DNA from: an uncultured delta proteobacterium
GTDB taxonomy: Bacteria; Myxococcota; Myxococcia; Myxococcales; 40CM-4-68-19
Direction: 5' to 3'
Length of the DNA: 64,000 nucleotides
Assembly: GCA_903911145.1 (NCBI GenBank)
Contig: CAIWCD010000032.1
Coordinates: forward strand, 2,448 to 66,447
A program made the position numbers and the translations under genes. The notes beneath the pieces are model-generated. The model ran no database searches, had not been told where the DNA came from, and was given only the letters and a program-made list of their open reading frames with translations. Below are positions 34,735 through 43,177 of this stretch, piece by piece. Position 1 is the first letter of the stretch. Each line of letters starts with the position of its first letter.

Positions 34735-35763
34735 TCAAACGTCGAGCGCGCCTTCTGGCTCCGGCGCGGCCTTGCGACCAATCGTGCTGACTCGATACGC
34801 AGCGCTGCGTGCGCGCATGATCTCTCCGAGCGGGCGGAACTCCTCGCACGCGTGCCACGGATCGAACGAGAGCGTCTCGATGCGCGCTTCCAGTTTCGCG
34901 CCTTCTTCGCTCAGCAGATCCTGCTGCAGCACGACCAGCTCGGCGATCGGCACGAACGGCGCGATCTCTTCGCGCCACTCGATCGTCGGATCTTCAATCG
35001 GCGTCGTCGTCTCGTCGCGGAAGAGCTGCGCCCCGAGCTGGTAGCGAACCGGACCGGCCTGGAGGCGCGCGATCAGATCGCCGCGCAGAGGGTTTTCGCC
35101 CTTGGTCGGGCCCACCGCCACGGTCGACGCAATCGGCGTCAGCGAGAACTTCGCGGCATACGCGCCGAAGCGAGTCGGCACCGCCGTCCAGAGCCGGAGT
35201 GTCGCCATCGACACAACCGGCTTGCTGACGCTCGCGGCCAGCTTTCGCAAGAGTGAGATCGCGCCGAAGAATCCGAAGCGGCCGATCATGCGCGGCACGA
35301 GCGTCGCGGGACTGAGCCCCGCGTTGGCGAAGAAGATGAAATCGTCCGCCGTGCGAAACAGAAACGACGCGGCGTCGATGAAGAGAAAGTCCTGCGTGCG
35401 CGCGCTCTCCATTCCCGGAATCACCTTCATGCCGTCGACGCCGAGCAGCTTGACCGCGAGCCCGCGCACGTCCCTGCGGTGATCGTTTGCGCGCTTGGGC
35501 CCGCCGTTTGAATAGCGCACGCACGCGTCATACGTGCGCGCGGTCGCGAAGATTCCGACGCGAAACTCCACCGGTAGATCGGCGCGCACGATCAGCTGCG
35601 CGCGCGCGCCCACGTGGGGCTTGTTGTGCAGCGTGCGCGGCACCTGGTCGTTCCTGGTGAACCGCTGCTGGATCTGCGCGATCACCGCCGCGTAGCCCTC
35701 AAAGCGCGCGGCCTCATCGGGGGCGATGATCTCTTTCCAATCGGTCGAGGGCGCGGCGGGCAT
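34735..35763 (-). CDS. Catalase-related haem protein (small catalase-family, y4iL-like)
   Basis: RTLHNKPHVG (distal His context), VRYSNGGP...DVRGLAVKL, proximal RARSAAYRVS (RxxxY haem ligand context). Confidence 0.75.
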   Translation of the reverse strand: MPAAPSTDWKEIIAPDEAARFEGYAAVIAQIQQRFTRNDQVPRTLHNKPHVGARAQLIVRADLPVEFRVGIFATARTYDACVRYSNGGPKRANDHRRDVRGLAVKLLGVDGMKVIPGMESARTQDFLFIDAASFLFRTADDFIFFANAGLSPATLVPRMIGRFGFFGAISLLRKLAASVSKPVVSMATLRLWTAVPTRFGAYAAKFSLTPIASTVAVGPTKGENPLRGDLIARLQAGPVRYQLGAQLFRDETTTPIEDPTIEWREEIAPFVPIAELVVLQQDLLSEEGAKLEARIETLSFDPWHACEEFRPLGEIMRARSAAYRVSTIGRKAAPEPEGALDV

Positions 35764-35892
35764 CGGGACACTCCTTCACTCTGGATGAACAGTGAGGATC
35801 CATACAGGAAAGAGCCAGGCTCGTCGGATGTTCTACGGCTCGCCTCTGCCGCATTGTTCGGGCGGCCAACGGGAAGAAGGAGCCGTACGCGC

Positions 35893-36423
35893 ATGCTGAG
35901 AATCTGCTTCGTCTGTCTGGGAAACATCTGCCGCTCGCCCACAGCGCAAGGCGTGATGGAGCGCCTCGTGCGGGAGCGCTCTCTCGAGGCGCACCTCGAA
36001 ATCGAGAGCGCCGGGACGGGCAACTGGCACGTTGGATCGCTGCCCGATCCGCGCACCCGGCGAGCGGCGAAGCGCCGTGGATATGAGCTGGTGAGCCGCG
36101 CCCAGCAGTTCACCGCGAGCTCGTTTGCACGCTTTGATCTCGTGCTCGCCGCCGACACGCAGAATGCGCGCACCCTTGCCCAGCTTGCTCCGGATGATTC
36201 CGCGCGCGGGAAGATCCAGCTGCTGCGCAGCTTCGATCCTGCGTCGCCGCGCGGCGCGAGCGTCCCCGATCCCTACGAGGGTGGCGAGGAAGGATTCGAG
36301 GAGGTGCTGGAGATCTGCGAGGCTGCCTGCGCAGGTCTGCTTGATCGACTCATCGAGGCGGCGGGGCCCTCTTTCGAAAACTTGACCCGCCTTGCGAAGG
36401 TCGGCACGCTCGACACATGGTGA
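35893..36423 (+). CDS. Low-molecular-weight protein-tyrosine phosphatase
   Basis: MLRICFVCLGNICRSP (CX5R(S/T) P-loop) and the DPY motif VPDPYEG. Confidence 0.92.
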   Translation: MLRICFVCLGNICRSPTAQGVMERLVRERSLEAHLEIESAGTGNWHVGSLPDPRTRRAAKRRGYELVSRAQQFTASSFARFDLVLAADTQNARTLAQLAPDDSARGKIQLLRSFDPASPRGASVPDPYEGGEEGFEEVLEICEAACAGLLDRLIEAAGPSFENLTRLAKVGTLDTW

Positions 36424-37364
36424 CTGACAACTCGTCCATCGACGATCTTCCTGAAGGGGAAGATGACGACGAGAACGAGTCCACTGACGTCAATATGCTG
36501 CCCATCCTGCCGCCCGAGTTGCGGCCGGAAGAAAAGACCGCGTACCTCGTGGTGCTCGCGGGCGCGAACGTCGGTCAGATGTACAAACTCGCCGATGTCG
36601 AGACGGTGATCGGGCGCGCGGAGGGCAACCAGATCCGGCTGACCGACAACGGAGTCTCCCGTCGGCACGCCCGCTTCGTGGCGCAGCGCGGGCAGATCGT
36701 CATCGAGGATCTGCAGAGCGCGAACGGCACGCTGGTGAACGGTCAGAAGATCGATCAGCGCACGCTCAACGACGGCGACAAGATCCGCATCGGCTCGACG
36801 ACGATGCTGAAGTTCACCTACCAGGACAAGCTCGATGAGTCGTTCCAGCAGCAGATGTACGACGCGGCGCTGCGCGATGGACTCACGGGTGCGTTCAACA
36901 AGAAATATCTGATCGATCGTCTGGAGACCGAGTTCGCCTACGCGCAGCGGCACAAGACGATGCTCTCGCTGGTGATGCTCGACGTCGATCACTTCAAGCG
37001 GGTCAACGACACGCACGGACACCTCGCCGGCGACGAGGTGCTCATTCGCCTCGCAGAGTTGGTGCAGAAGCTCTGCCGCGCTGAGGACGTGGTCGCGCGC
37101 TACGGTGGCGAGGAGTTCTCGATCATCTGCCGCGGCATCCCGCTCATCAACACGGCGGTGCTTGCGGAGCGACTGCGCGGCGGCGTGGAGCAGGCGGCGA
37201 TCTCGTACGGCGAGATTCGCTTGCCCATCACGATCAGCCTCGGCGTCGCAGCGTTCAGCGAAACACCGGCGGAGAACGCGACTGAACTGATCGCGGCGGC
37301 GGATGCGGCGCTCTACGACGCCAAGCACGGCGGGCGAAACCGCGTCTGCATCAAGCGCAATTGA
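36417..37364 (+). CDS. FHA-domain diguanylate cyclase (FHA-GGDEF)
   Basis: FHA motif: VIGRAEGNQIRLTDNGVSRRHARF...SANGTLVNG. GGDEF motif: RYGGEEF, with an RAED I-site 5 residues upstream. 7-nt overlap with the PTP gene. Confidence 0.9.
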   Translation: MVTDNSSIDDLPEGEDDDENESTDVNMLPILPPELRPEEKTAYLVVLAGANVGQMYKLADVETVIGRAEGNQIRLTDNGVSRRHARFVAQRGQIVIEDLQSANGTLVNGQKIDQRTLNDGDKIRIGSTTMLKFTYQDKLDESFQQQMYDAALRDGLTGAFNKKYLIDRLETEFAYAQRHKTMLSLVMLDVDHFKRVNDTHGHLAGDEVLIRLAELVQKLCRAEDVVARYGGEEFSIICRGIPLINTAVLAERLRGGVEQAAISYGEIRLPITISLGVAAFSETPAENATELIAAADAALYDAKHGGRNRVCIKRN

Positions 37365-37377
37365 GAACCCGCGGCCG

Positions 37378-38112
37378 ATGAACGAGCCGACTCTTCCGCA
37401 GACCGAAGAGGTCGCGCAGGCAGCTCCTTCATTCTGGCCGGGCAGCCGCTCCCGACTCAACGAGCACGACCTCAAGCACTTCCCTGGCGACTCACTCTTC
37501 GAGCGGATCGCGCGGGCGGTGTGCCGCGCAAACTGTCTGCCGCGCAAAGAGCTCTACGAATCCTGGGAGGTGGCGCGGCGTGCGCGGCGTCGACTGCGCG
37601 GCGGTCGCGTCGTCGATCTCGCGTGCGGGCACGGACTGACGGCGCAGCTGATGCTGCTCATCGATGATTCGTCGCCGAGCGCGCTGGCTGTGGATCGGCG
37701 CATCCCGTTGAGCGCGTCGCGGCTGCACGAGGAGCTCGTGCGCACCTGGCCGCGGCTCGATGGGCGCGTGCGGTTTCAAGAGGCGCGTCTGCAGGAGGCC
37801 ACGCTCGAGGCGAGCGATCGAATCGTCTCGGTGCATGCGTGCGGCGCGCTCACCGATCGCGTGCTCGACGCGGCTCTTGCTGCGCGCGCGTCCGTCGCGG
37901 TGCTGCCCTGCTGCCACGATAAGAAGCGCAGCGACCTCGGCGGTCTCGGCGGCTGGCTCGATGAAGCGATGGCCATCGATGCGACGCGCGCGCTGCGGCT
38001 GCGCGCGGCCGGATATGCGGTGCACACGCAGCAGATCCCCGATTCAATCACGCCGAAGAATCGACTGCTGCTTGGCGTCGGGCCTGACGCGGGCGCAACG
38101 GACACGCGATGA
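37378..38112 (+). CDS. Class I SAM-dependent methyltransferase-like protein
   Basis: VVDLACGHGLTAQ (GxGxG SAM-binding loop) and VHACGALTD; 244 aa. Confidence 0.6.
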   Translation: MNEPTLPQTEEVAQAAPSFWPGSRSRLNEHDLKHFPGDSLFERIARAVCRANCLPRKELYESWEVARRARRRLRGGRVVDLACGHGLTAQLMLLIDDSSPSALAVDRRIPLSASRLHEELVRTWPRLDGRVRFQEARLQEATLEASDRIVSVHACGALTDRVLDAALAARASVAVLPCCHDKKRSDLGGLGGWLDEAMAIDATRALRLRAAGYAVHTQQIPDSITPKNRLLLGVGPDAGATDTR

Positions 38113-38720
38113 AGCTGAACATTCCCGAAGGTGATTTCGCCGGATACATCTTCGATTGCGACGGCACGCTGATCGATTCGATGCCCGCGCATTTTCGCGC
38201 GTGGGATCAGGCGCTGCGCCAACTCGGCAGCCCGGCGCCGCTTCCGGAAGATCTCTTCTATTCGCTCGGCGGCGTTCCCACGCGTCGCGTGGCGCAACTG
38301 CTGCTCGCGCACTTCGCGCTCTCCTCCGATCCTCTGGACCTGTTCCACCTCAAGGAGCAGCTCTTCGTCTCGATGCTCAACGAGGTGCCGCTGCTTGAGC
38401 CCGTCGTCGCGTTCGCCCGGAGCGTGGCGCCGCACCGTCCGATCAGTGTCGCGTCGGGTGGCCCGCGCGACGTCGTGCTCCACTCTCTCGAGCGCGCGGG
38501 GCTGCGTGCGCTCTTTCCCGTCATCATCACTGCCGACGACGTCATCCACGGCAAGCCCGCACCCGATATGTTCCTGCTCGCCGCCGAGCGCATGGGCGTT
38601 CCGCCGGCTCGCTGCCTCGTCTTCGAAGACGCCGTGCCGGGCATTGAAGCGGCTCACGCGGCGGGAATGCAGGTCGTCCACGTCGACAGCCGCGTCGACA
38701 GGCGTGGCGCCGCGATATGA
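38109..38720 (+). CDS. HAD-superfamily hydrolase (beta-phosphoglucomutase-like subfamily IA)
   Basis: YIFDCDGTLIDS (DxDxT), VASGG, GKPAPDMF, FEDAVPGIEAA. ATGA overlap with the upstream gene. Confidence 0.88.
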   Translation: MKLNIPEGDFAGYIFDCDGTLIDSMPAHFRAWDQALRQLGSPAPLPEDLFYSLGGVPTRRVAQLLLAHFALSSDPLDLFHLKEQLFVSMLNEVPLLEPVVAFARSVAPHRPISVASGGPRDVVLHSLERAGLRALFPVIITADDVIHGKPAPDMFLLAAERMGVPPARCLVFEDAVPGIEAAHAAGMQVVHVDSRVDRRGAAI

Positions 38721-39961
38721 GCGCAATGAATTCGGCGCCTGCTCCTGCGCAGGGCAACTATGCCGATGGATATGAGCCGGTTGCGAGACAGTTCGCCCGG
38801 CAACTGCGCGACGGCTCCGAGATTGGCGCGTCGTTCTGCGTCTATCGCGCCGGCGAATGCGTCGTCGATCTCTGGGGTGGATACGCCGACCTTTCGACGC
38901 AGCGGGAATGGACGGCCGATACCCGCGTCGTCGTCTTTTCGGTAACCAAGGGCCTCGCGTCAATGGCGCTCAATCTGCTTTCCGACCGCGCCCAGCTTGA
39001 TTGGGATGCTCCGGTCGCGACGTATTGGCCGGCCTTTGCGCAGGCGGGAAAGGAGGCGATGACGCTTCGCACGCTCTTGAATCACCAGGGCGGATTGGCG
39101 TCGCTCGACCGCTCGTTCACGCTCTCTGATTGCACGGATGAATCAAGCGCAGTGGCGCTCCGCGAGGCGCTTGAGAAGCAATCACCTGCCTGGATTCCGG
39201 GCACGAGTCAGGGATATCACGCGATTACCTTCGGGATGTATGCGCGAGAGTTGTTCGAGCGAATCGCGGGCGAGCCGGTGGGGCCGTTTCTTCAGCGCGA
39301 GCTCTTTGGCCCATTGCAGGCCGACGTCTCTGTCGGCACGCGCGAATCGCACGATGCGCAGATGGCGCGTCTCTATCCGCCTGCGACTGCCGCGCGCGTG
39401 GTTCATATGCTCGGTGCATTGGTGCGCGGTGATTCAAATGAAGCGCGCGTGGCGCGGGCTGCGCTCGGCCGCGATCCCCTGCTGCGCCGTGCATTCGGAA
39501 ATCCCAGTCTGGGGCCGCGCGGACTGCAGGCCTACAACGAGCCGCCGGTGCGGCGCGCGAGTCTGCTCTGGGCTTCGGCGACGGCGAGCGCGCGAGGGCT
39601 TGCGCGCGCCTATCTTCCGTTCGCCGCCGATGGAACCATCAATGGACGTCGATATCTGAAGCAATCGACGCTCAATCCGCTCCACCAGCGCCAGGGCTGG
39701 TCGGAGCGCGACCGCGTCCTGCAGAAGCCGCTCGGCTGGTCGCAGGGATTTCTCAAGGAGGAGGAGACAATCTTCTCTCCTGCCCGAGAGTCATTTGGTC
39801 ACGCAGGAATGGGCGGCGCGCTCGGCTGGTGCGATCCCGTTCAGCAGCTCACGATTGGATATGTCCCCAATCGAATGGATTGGCGCGTCCGCTCCCCGCG
39901 CGCTCTCGCGCTCTGCCACGCGCTCTACGCGTGCGAGCCGCTGCGTTCTGCGCGCAGCTGA
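38717..39961 (+). CDS. Serine hydrolase, beta-lactamase/esterase (class C-like) family
   Basis: VFSVTKGLASM (SxxK) and HAGMGG near the C-terminus. ATGA overlap with the upstream gene. Confidence 0.82.
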   Translation: MSAMNSAPAPAQGNYADGYEPVARQFARQLRDGSEIGASFCVYRAGECVVDLWGGYADLSTQREWTADTRVVVFSVTKGLASMALNLLSDRAQLDWDAPVATYWPAFAQAGKEAMTLRTLLNHQGGLASLDRSFTLSDCTDESSAVALREALEKQSPAWIPGTSQGYHAITFGMYARELFERIAGEPVGPFLQRELFGPLQADVSVGTRESHDAQMARLYPPATAARVVHMLGALVRGDSNEARVARAALGRDPLLRRAFGNPSLGPRGLQAYNEPPVRRASLLWASATASARGLARAYLPFAADGTINGRRYLKQSTLNPLHQRQGWSERDRVLQKPLGWSQGFLKEEETIFSPARESFGHAGMGGALGWCDPVQQLTIGYVPNRMDWRVRSPRALALCHALYACEPLRSARS

Positions 39962-39978
39962 TCAAGCTGGAATACGAG

Positions 39979-41493
39979 CTATGCCGAGGCGAGCCGGCGC
40001 GAGGCCATCGTCGAGATGGCCATGATGCTGTGCTGGGGATTGACGCCCGTGTTGGTGGGAAAGACCGACGCATCCATCACGTAGAGATTGGGCGTGCCGT
40101 GAACTTGAAGATGCGCATCGACGACGGAATGCTTCGGATCGGTTCCCGCGCGGCAGGTGCCGAAGAGATGCGTCGCGATGATTCCATAGCCGGTTCCATC
40201 GAGCGGCGCGGAATCAAAGACGGAGAGCTGATCGGCCGTGATTGTCCCAGGCAGGCCATGCACGCCCGGGAGCACCGCGGTGGCGCCAGCGAGGAAATGC
40301 ATCTCGGCGGCGCGCTTGAGTCCCTGCCGCATCCGCTCGAAATCGCCGCTGGTCATCTCATATCGGATGATATCGCCGCCCAAGAGCCAGGACGGACGGA
40401 CGTTCCCTTCTGCTTCCGATTTAAGCGCCACCGACCAGATCGCCATATATGGCAGACGGTCGAGCATGCTCAGATACTTCTCGCCAAAGCCGGGGAGTCG
40501 CGACGCGGCCACTTCGGGCGGCACATTGATCGTCTCGATCTTCACGCCGAGGGTATCGCGCAACCCATAAGCCTCATATCCCTGCGATGCGCCGGACCAG
40601 GGATTCATCGGCTCGGAATAGAGACCGACGAGCGAGGTGCCGGGATGGGCCATGAAATGATTTCCCAGCGCGCTGTTGTCCAGACCGATGCGGCTGCGGC
40701 GCAGGAGGTTGGGCGATTGAATCACCGAGGCCGCGATAATCACCGCCCGCTTCGCATGCGCGCGGAAGGGCTTGCCTGCTTGCGGGCCTTTTCCCCGAAT
40801 GGTGCCGGTGACGCCGACGGCCTTGCTGCCCTCGCGGAGAATGCGCTCGACGCGCGCGTGGCTGAAGACCTGCGCGCCTGATTCGGTCGCGCGGCGAAGA
40901 TAGTTGATCGTGGTGCTCTGCTTGGCGTCGTTGTGGCAGCCGTGAAGGCAACGGCCGCTGCCCTTGCAGTCCTTCTCATTGCGGTGAATCGCGCGATGTT
41001 CAATGCCCGCGCGCTCGGCCCCCAGCGCGAGTTTGCGGTCGGAGCCGGTCGCGACCGAATCGGTGACGGGCCTGACGAACATATCCTTTTCAATCAACGC
41101 ATAGGCGTCATCGAGTTCATTGGCGCGAAAGCCATCGGCGAGGCCATGTTCGGCGTGCCACTTCGCGAGCACCTTCTCGGGCAGGCGCCAGATGATCGCG
41201 GAGTTGACGAAGGTGGTGCCGCCGACGACGCAGGCCTGCACCACCGGTACCGCCGCTTTGCCGAACGCCGCCTGCTGGCCACCGTTGCGCATCAACGCGT
41301 GGAGCGAATCAAACGTCTTGTATCCGAGCGATGCGGACGGCAGATACGGACCCTCTTCGAGGACGAGCACCGACAGCCCCGCGTCGGCGAGCGTGCGTGC
41401 CGCTGCACCGCCACCCGCGCCGCTTCCGACGATGATCACGTCAGCATCGACCGCGATTCCATTCTCCGCGGCATCGTGGAATCCGGCGCTCAC
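39979..41493 (-). CDS. GMC-family FAD-dependent oxidoreductase
   Basis: DADVIIVGSGAGGGAAARTLA (GxGxxG) and a C-terminal GMC signature region GTCRAG...VVDAHLQVHGTPNLYVMDASVFPT. GTG start overlaps the upstream stop (GTGA). Confidence 0.9.
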   Translation of the reverse strand: MSAGFHDAAENGIAVDADVIIVGSGAGGGAAARTLADAGLSVLVLEEGPYLPSASLGYKTFDSLHALMRNGGQQAAFGKAAVPVVQACVVGGTTFVNSAIIWRLPEKVLAKWHAEHGLADGFRANELDDAYALIEKDMFVRPVTDSVATGSDRKLALGAERAGIEHRAIHRNEKDCKGSGRCLHGCHNDAKQSTTINYLRRATESGAQVFSHARVERILREGSKAVGVTGTIRGKGPQAGKPFRAHAKRAVIIAASVIQSPNLLRRSRIGLDNSALGNHFMAHPGTSLVGLYSEPMNPWSGASQGYEAYGLRDTLGVKIETINVPPEVAASRLPGFGEKYLSMLDRLPYMAIWSVALKSEAEGNVRPSWLLGGDIIRYEMTSGDFERMRQGLKRAAEMHFLAGATAVLPGVHGLPGTITADQLSVFDSAPLDGTGYGIIATHLFGTCRAGTDPKHSVVDAHLQVHGTPNLYVMDASVFPTNTGVNPQHSIMAISTMASRRLASA

Positions 41494-41903
41494 GAACGGC
41501 TCCGCTTGAGCTGAACGCTCTGCCCGAAATCATATGCGCCGAGGTATCGCATCACGGCCTCACCCGACATTCCCGCATTGCAGGCATTCATCTTCAGAAT
41601 CATCGACATCTCCCGCACCCAATAGTTCGGCGAGTGGGCGAGGCGCTCGAGAATGCTCTGCTGATCCGCGACCGCAATGCCGCCGAACGTGCGCAGCTTG
41701 CGCAGGAGGAAGAGCGGCGAATACCAGACGACGAAGATTCCAATGCGCGTGATGATCGCGGACCACCAGGGCGTCAGCGAGAATTGCCGACCGATCTCCG
41801 CGCCGAGATCGCAATCGTCGGTCGTGCCGCCGAGCGCGCCTTTGGGAAGAATCACGCGCGAGATGCAATCGGCGCGGCGCTGCTCGGTACGGGAGAATTT
41901 CAT
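41490..41903 (-). CDS. Hypothetical small membrane protein translationally coupled to the GMC oxidoreductase
   Basis: 137 aa with one hydrophobic span, WWSAIITRIGIFVVWYSPLFLL. No family recognised. Confidence 0.5.
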   Translation of the reverse strand: MKFSRTEQRRADCISRVILPKGALGGTTDDCDLGAEIGRQFSLTPWWSAIITRIGIFVVWYSPLFLLRKLRTFGGIAVADQQSILERLAHSPNYWVREMSMILKMNACNAGMSGEAVMRYLGAYDFGQSVQLKRSRS

Positions 41904-41917
41904 GGGGGCCCTGCCGA

Positions 41918-42592
41918 TCAGAAGGCGACGAAACCGAATTGAAGGACGGCGCGGAAGCCGGACATATCGAGATGGACGGGCAGCGTGGCCCCTGGCGACG
42001 CGCCGCTGCTGGTGTGCAGCGCACTGCTGGTGAGCACGCGATATCCGAGCTCGACGCCGATCGAGAAGCCGGGGGTCACGAAGAATTGGCCCTTCAGTTC
42101 GTCGTCGAATCCCACCGAGACGTCGCCGTAGAGCTGGTCGTTGTTATCGATATTCAATCCGGCGCTGGTATAGACGGCAATGCCCGGTCCGAGTCCGAGT
42201 TCGAGAATCAACCGATTGTCGAGCAGCGCATAGTGGCCGCCGAGGAGAATCGGTACCTCGACGATACCTCCATAGTTGGTTGCGCTCTTCCCGCCGACCA
42301 TTCCCGAGGGAAAGAAATAGGCCGCCTCTGCACCGGTGCGCAGCTGGAGATAATAAGGGAAATAGTAGGTCAGCGAGACAGGGACGTGGAGCGCAGTGGA
42401 GGCGCGCACCGAAGCGTTCCCACCAGAGAGCACGTCGGTGAGCCCGTTGTATTCGCTCGGCGAGATCGCGTCGACGCCGATACCCAGGCCGATGACGAGA
42501 TGGTTGCGGAATCCCTCGCCCGGAAGATCGGCGCGTGCGCCGGTCGAGAGGGCAAGGCAGAGAGCGGCCGCGGCGACGAGGATTCGATTCAC
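41918..42592 (-). CDS. Outer-membrane beta-barrel protein
   Basis: Signal peptide MNRILVAAAALCLALSTGARA. Alternating hydrophobic/Gly-Tyr-rich strands. C-terminal ...LQFGFVAF aromatic terminus. Confidence 0.7.
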   Translation of the reverse strand: MNRILVAAAALCLALSTGARADLPGEGFRNHLVIGLGIGVDAISPSEYNGLTDVLSGGNASVRASTALHVPVSLTYYFPYYLQLRTGAEAAYFFPSGMVGGKSATNYGGIVEVPILLGGHYALLDNRLILELGLGPGIAVYTSAGLNIDNNDQLYGDVSVGFDDELKGQFFVTPGFSIGVELGYRVLTSSALHTSSGASPGATLPVHLDMSGFRAVLQFGFVAF

Positions 42593-42698
42593 AGGGCGAA
42601 CTAGTACTGCGACCGTGGTCCCGCACTATCCGCACTCTGCCGGAGATCTCGGAGTCATCCCGAAAGTCCGGCCGAGGACGGTTTTCGCGGACGGGGCG

Positions 42699-43142
42699 CT
42701 ACGGGTCGACCGAGGGCGGCGGTGGCGGCTCGGGAGGCAGGCCTTCCGGCGTCCCCTCGGGCGGTGCGCCCTCGGGAGCGGCGACCGCAGGGGAGAGGGC
42801 AATCCACCGGCCCGGCACCAGTCGCCAACGCCCCCTGGGATCGGAAACCCAATGCGTCGGCGACCAGCGATATCCCGGATAGTTCGGGACCCAATTTCCT
42901 TCGACCCACTCCCAATCGCCATCCTCGCGCGTCCAATATCCGGGCTGCCACGTGTAGCCCGTGTGTGGCTGGGGCGCGTAGACGATCACCGGCGCTGGTG
43001 GCCGCTCGGAGCTCACGATGGCGGTCGTCATGATCGCCGTCCAGGCCATCGCATTGAAGAGATGTCCTGCTCCGCGGAAACATCCCGTCGTGCTGCACGC
43101 GAGCGCCAGCGCGACGACCAACGAAGTTGCGGACCGGTTCAT
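42699..43142 (-). CDS. Lipoprotein with YXWGXW/WxxGxW repeats and Pro-rich tail
   Basis: MNRSATSLVVALALACSTTGC (lipobox) and GYTWQPGYWTREDGDWEWVEGNWV. GCAGGAGG RBS just upstream of the ATG at 43142. The longer ORF-track versions are rejected. Confidence 0.75.
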   Translation of the reverse strand: MNRSATSLVVALALACSTTGCFRGAGHLFNAMAWTAIMTTAIVSSERPPAPVIVYAPQPHTGYTWQPGYWTREDGDWEWVEGNWVPNYPGYRWSPTHWVSDPRGRWRLVPGRWIALSPAVAAPEGAPPEGTPEGLPPEPPPPPSVDP

Positions 43143-43177
43143 CGAACACCTCCTGCGAACATTGTGGAGTGCTGCTT

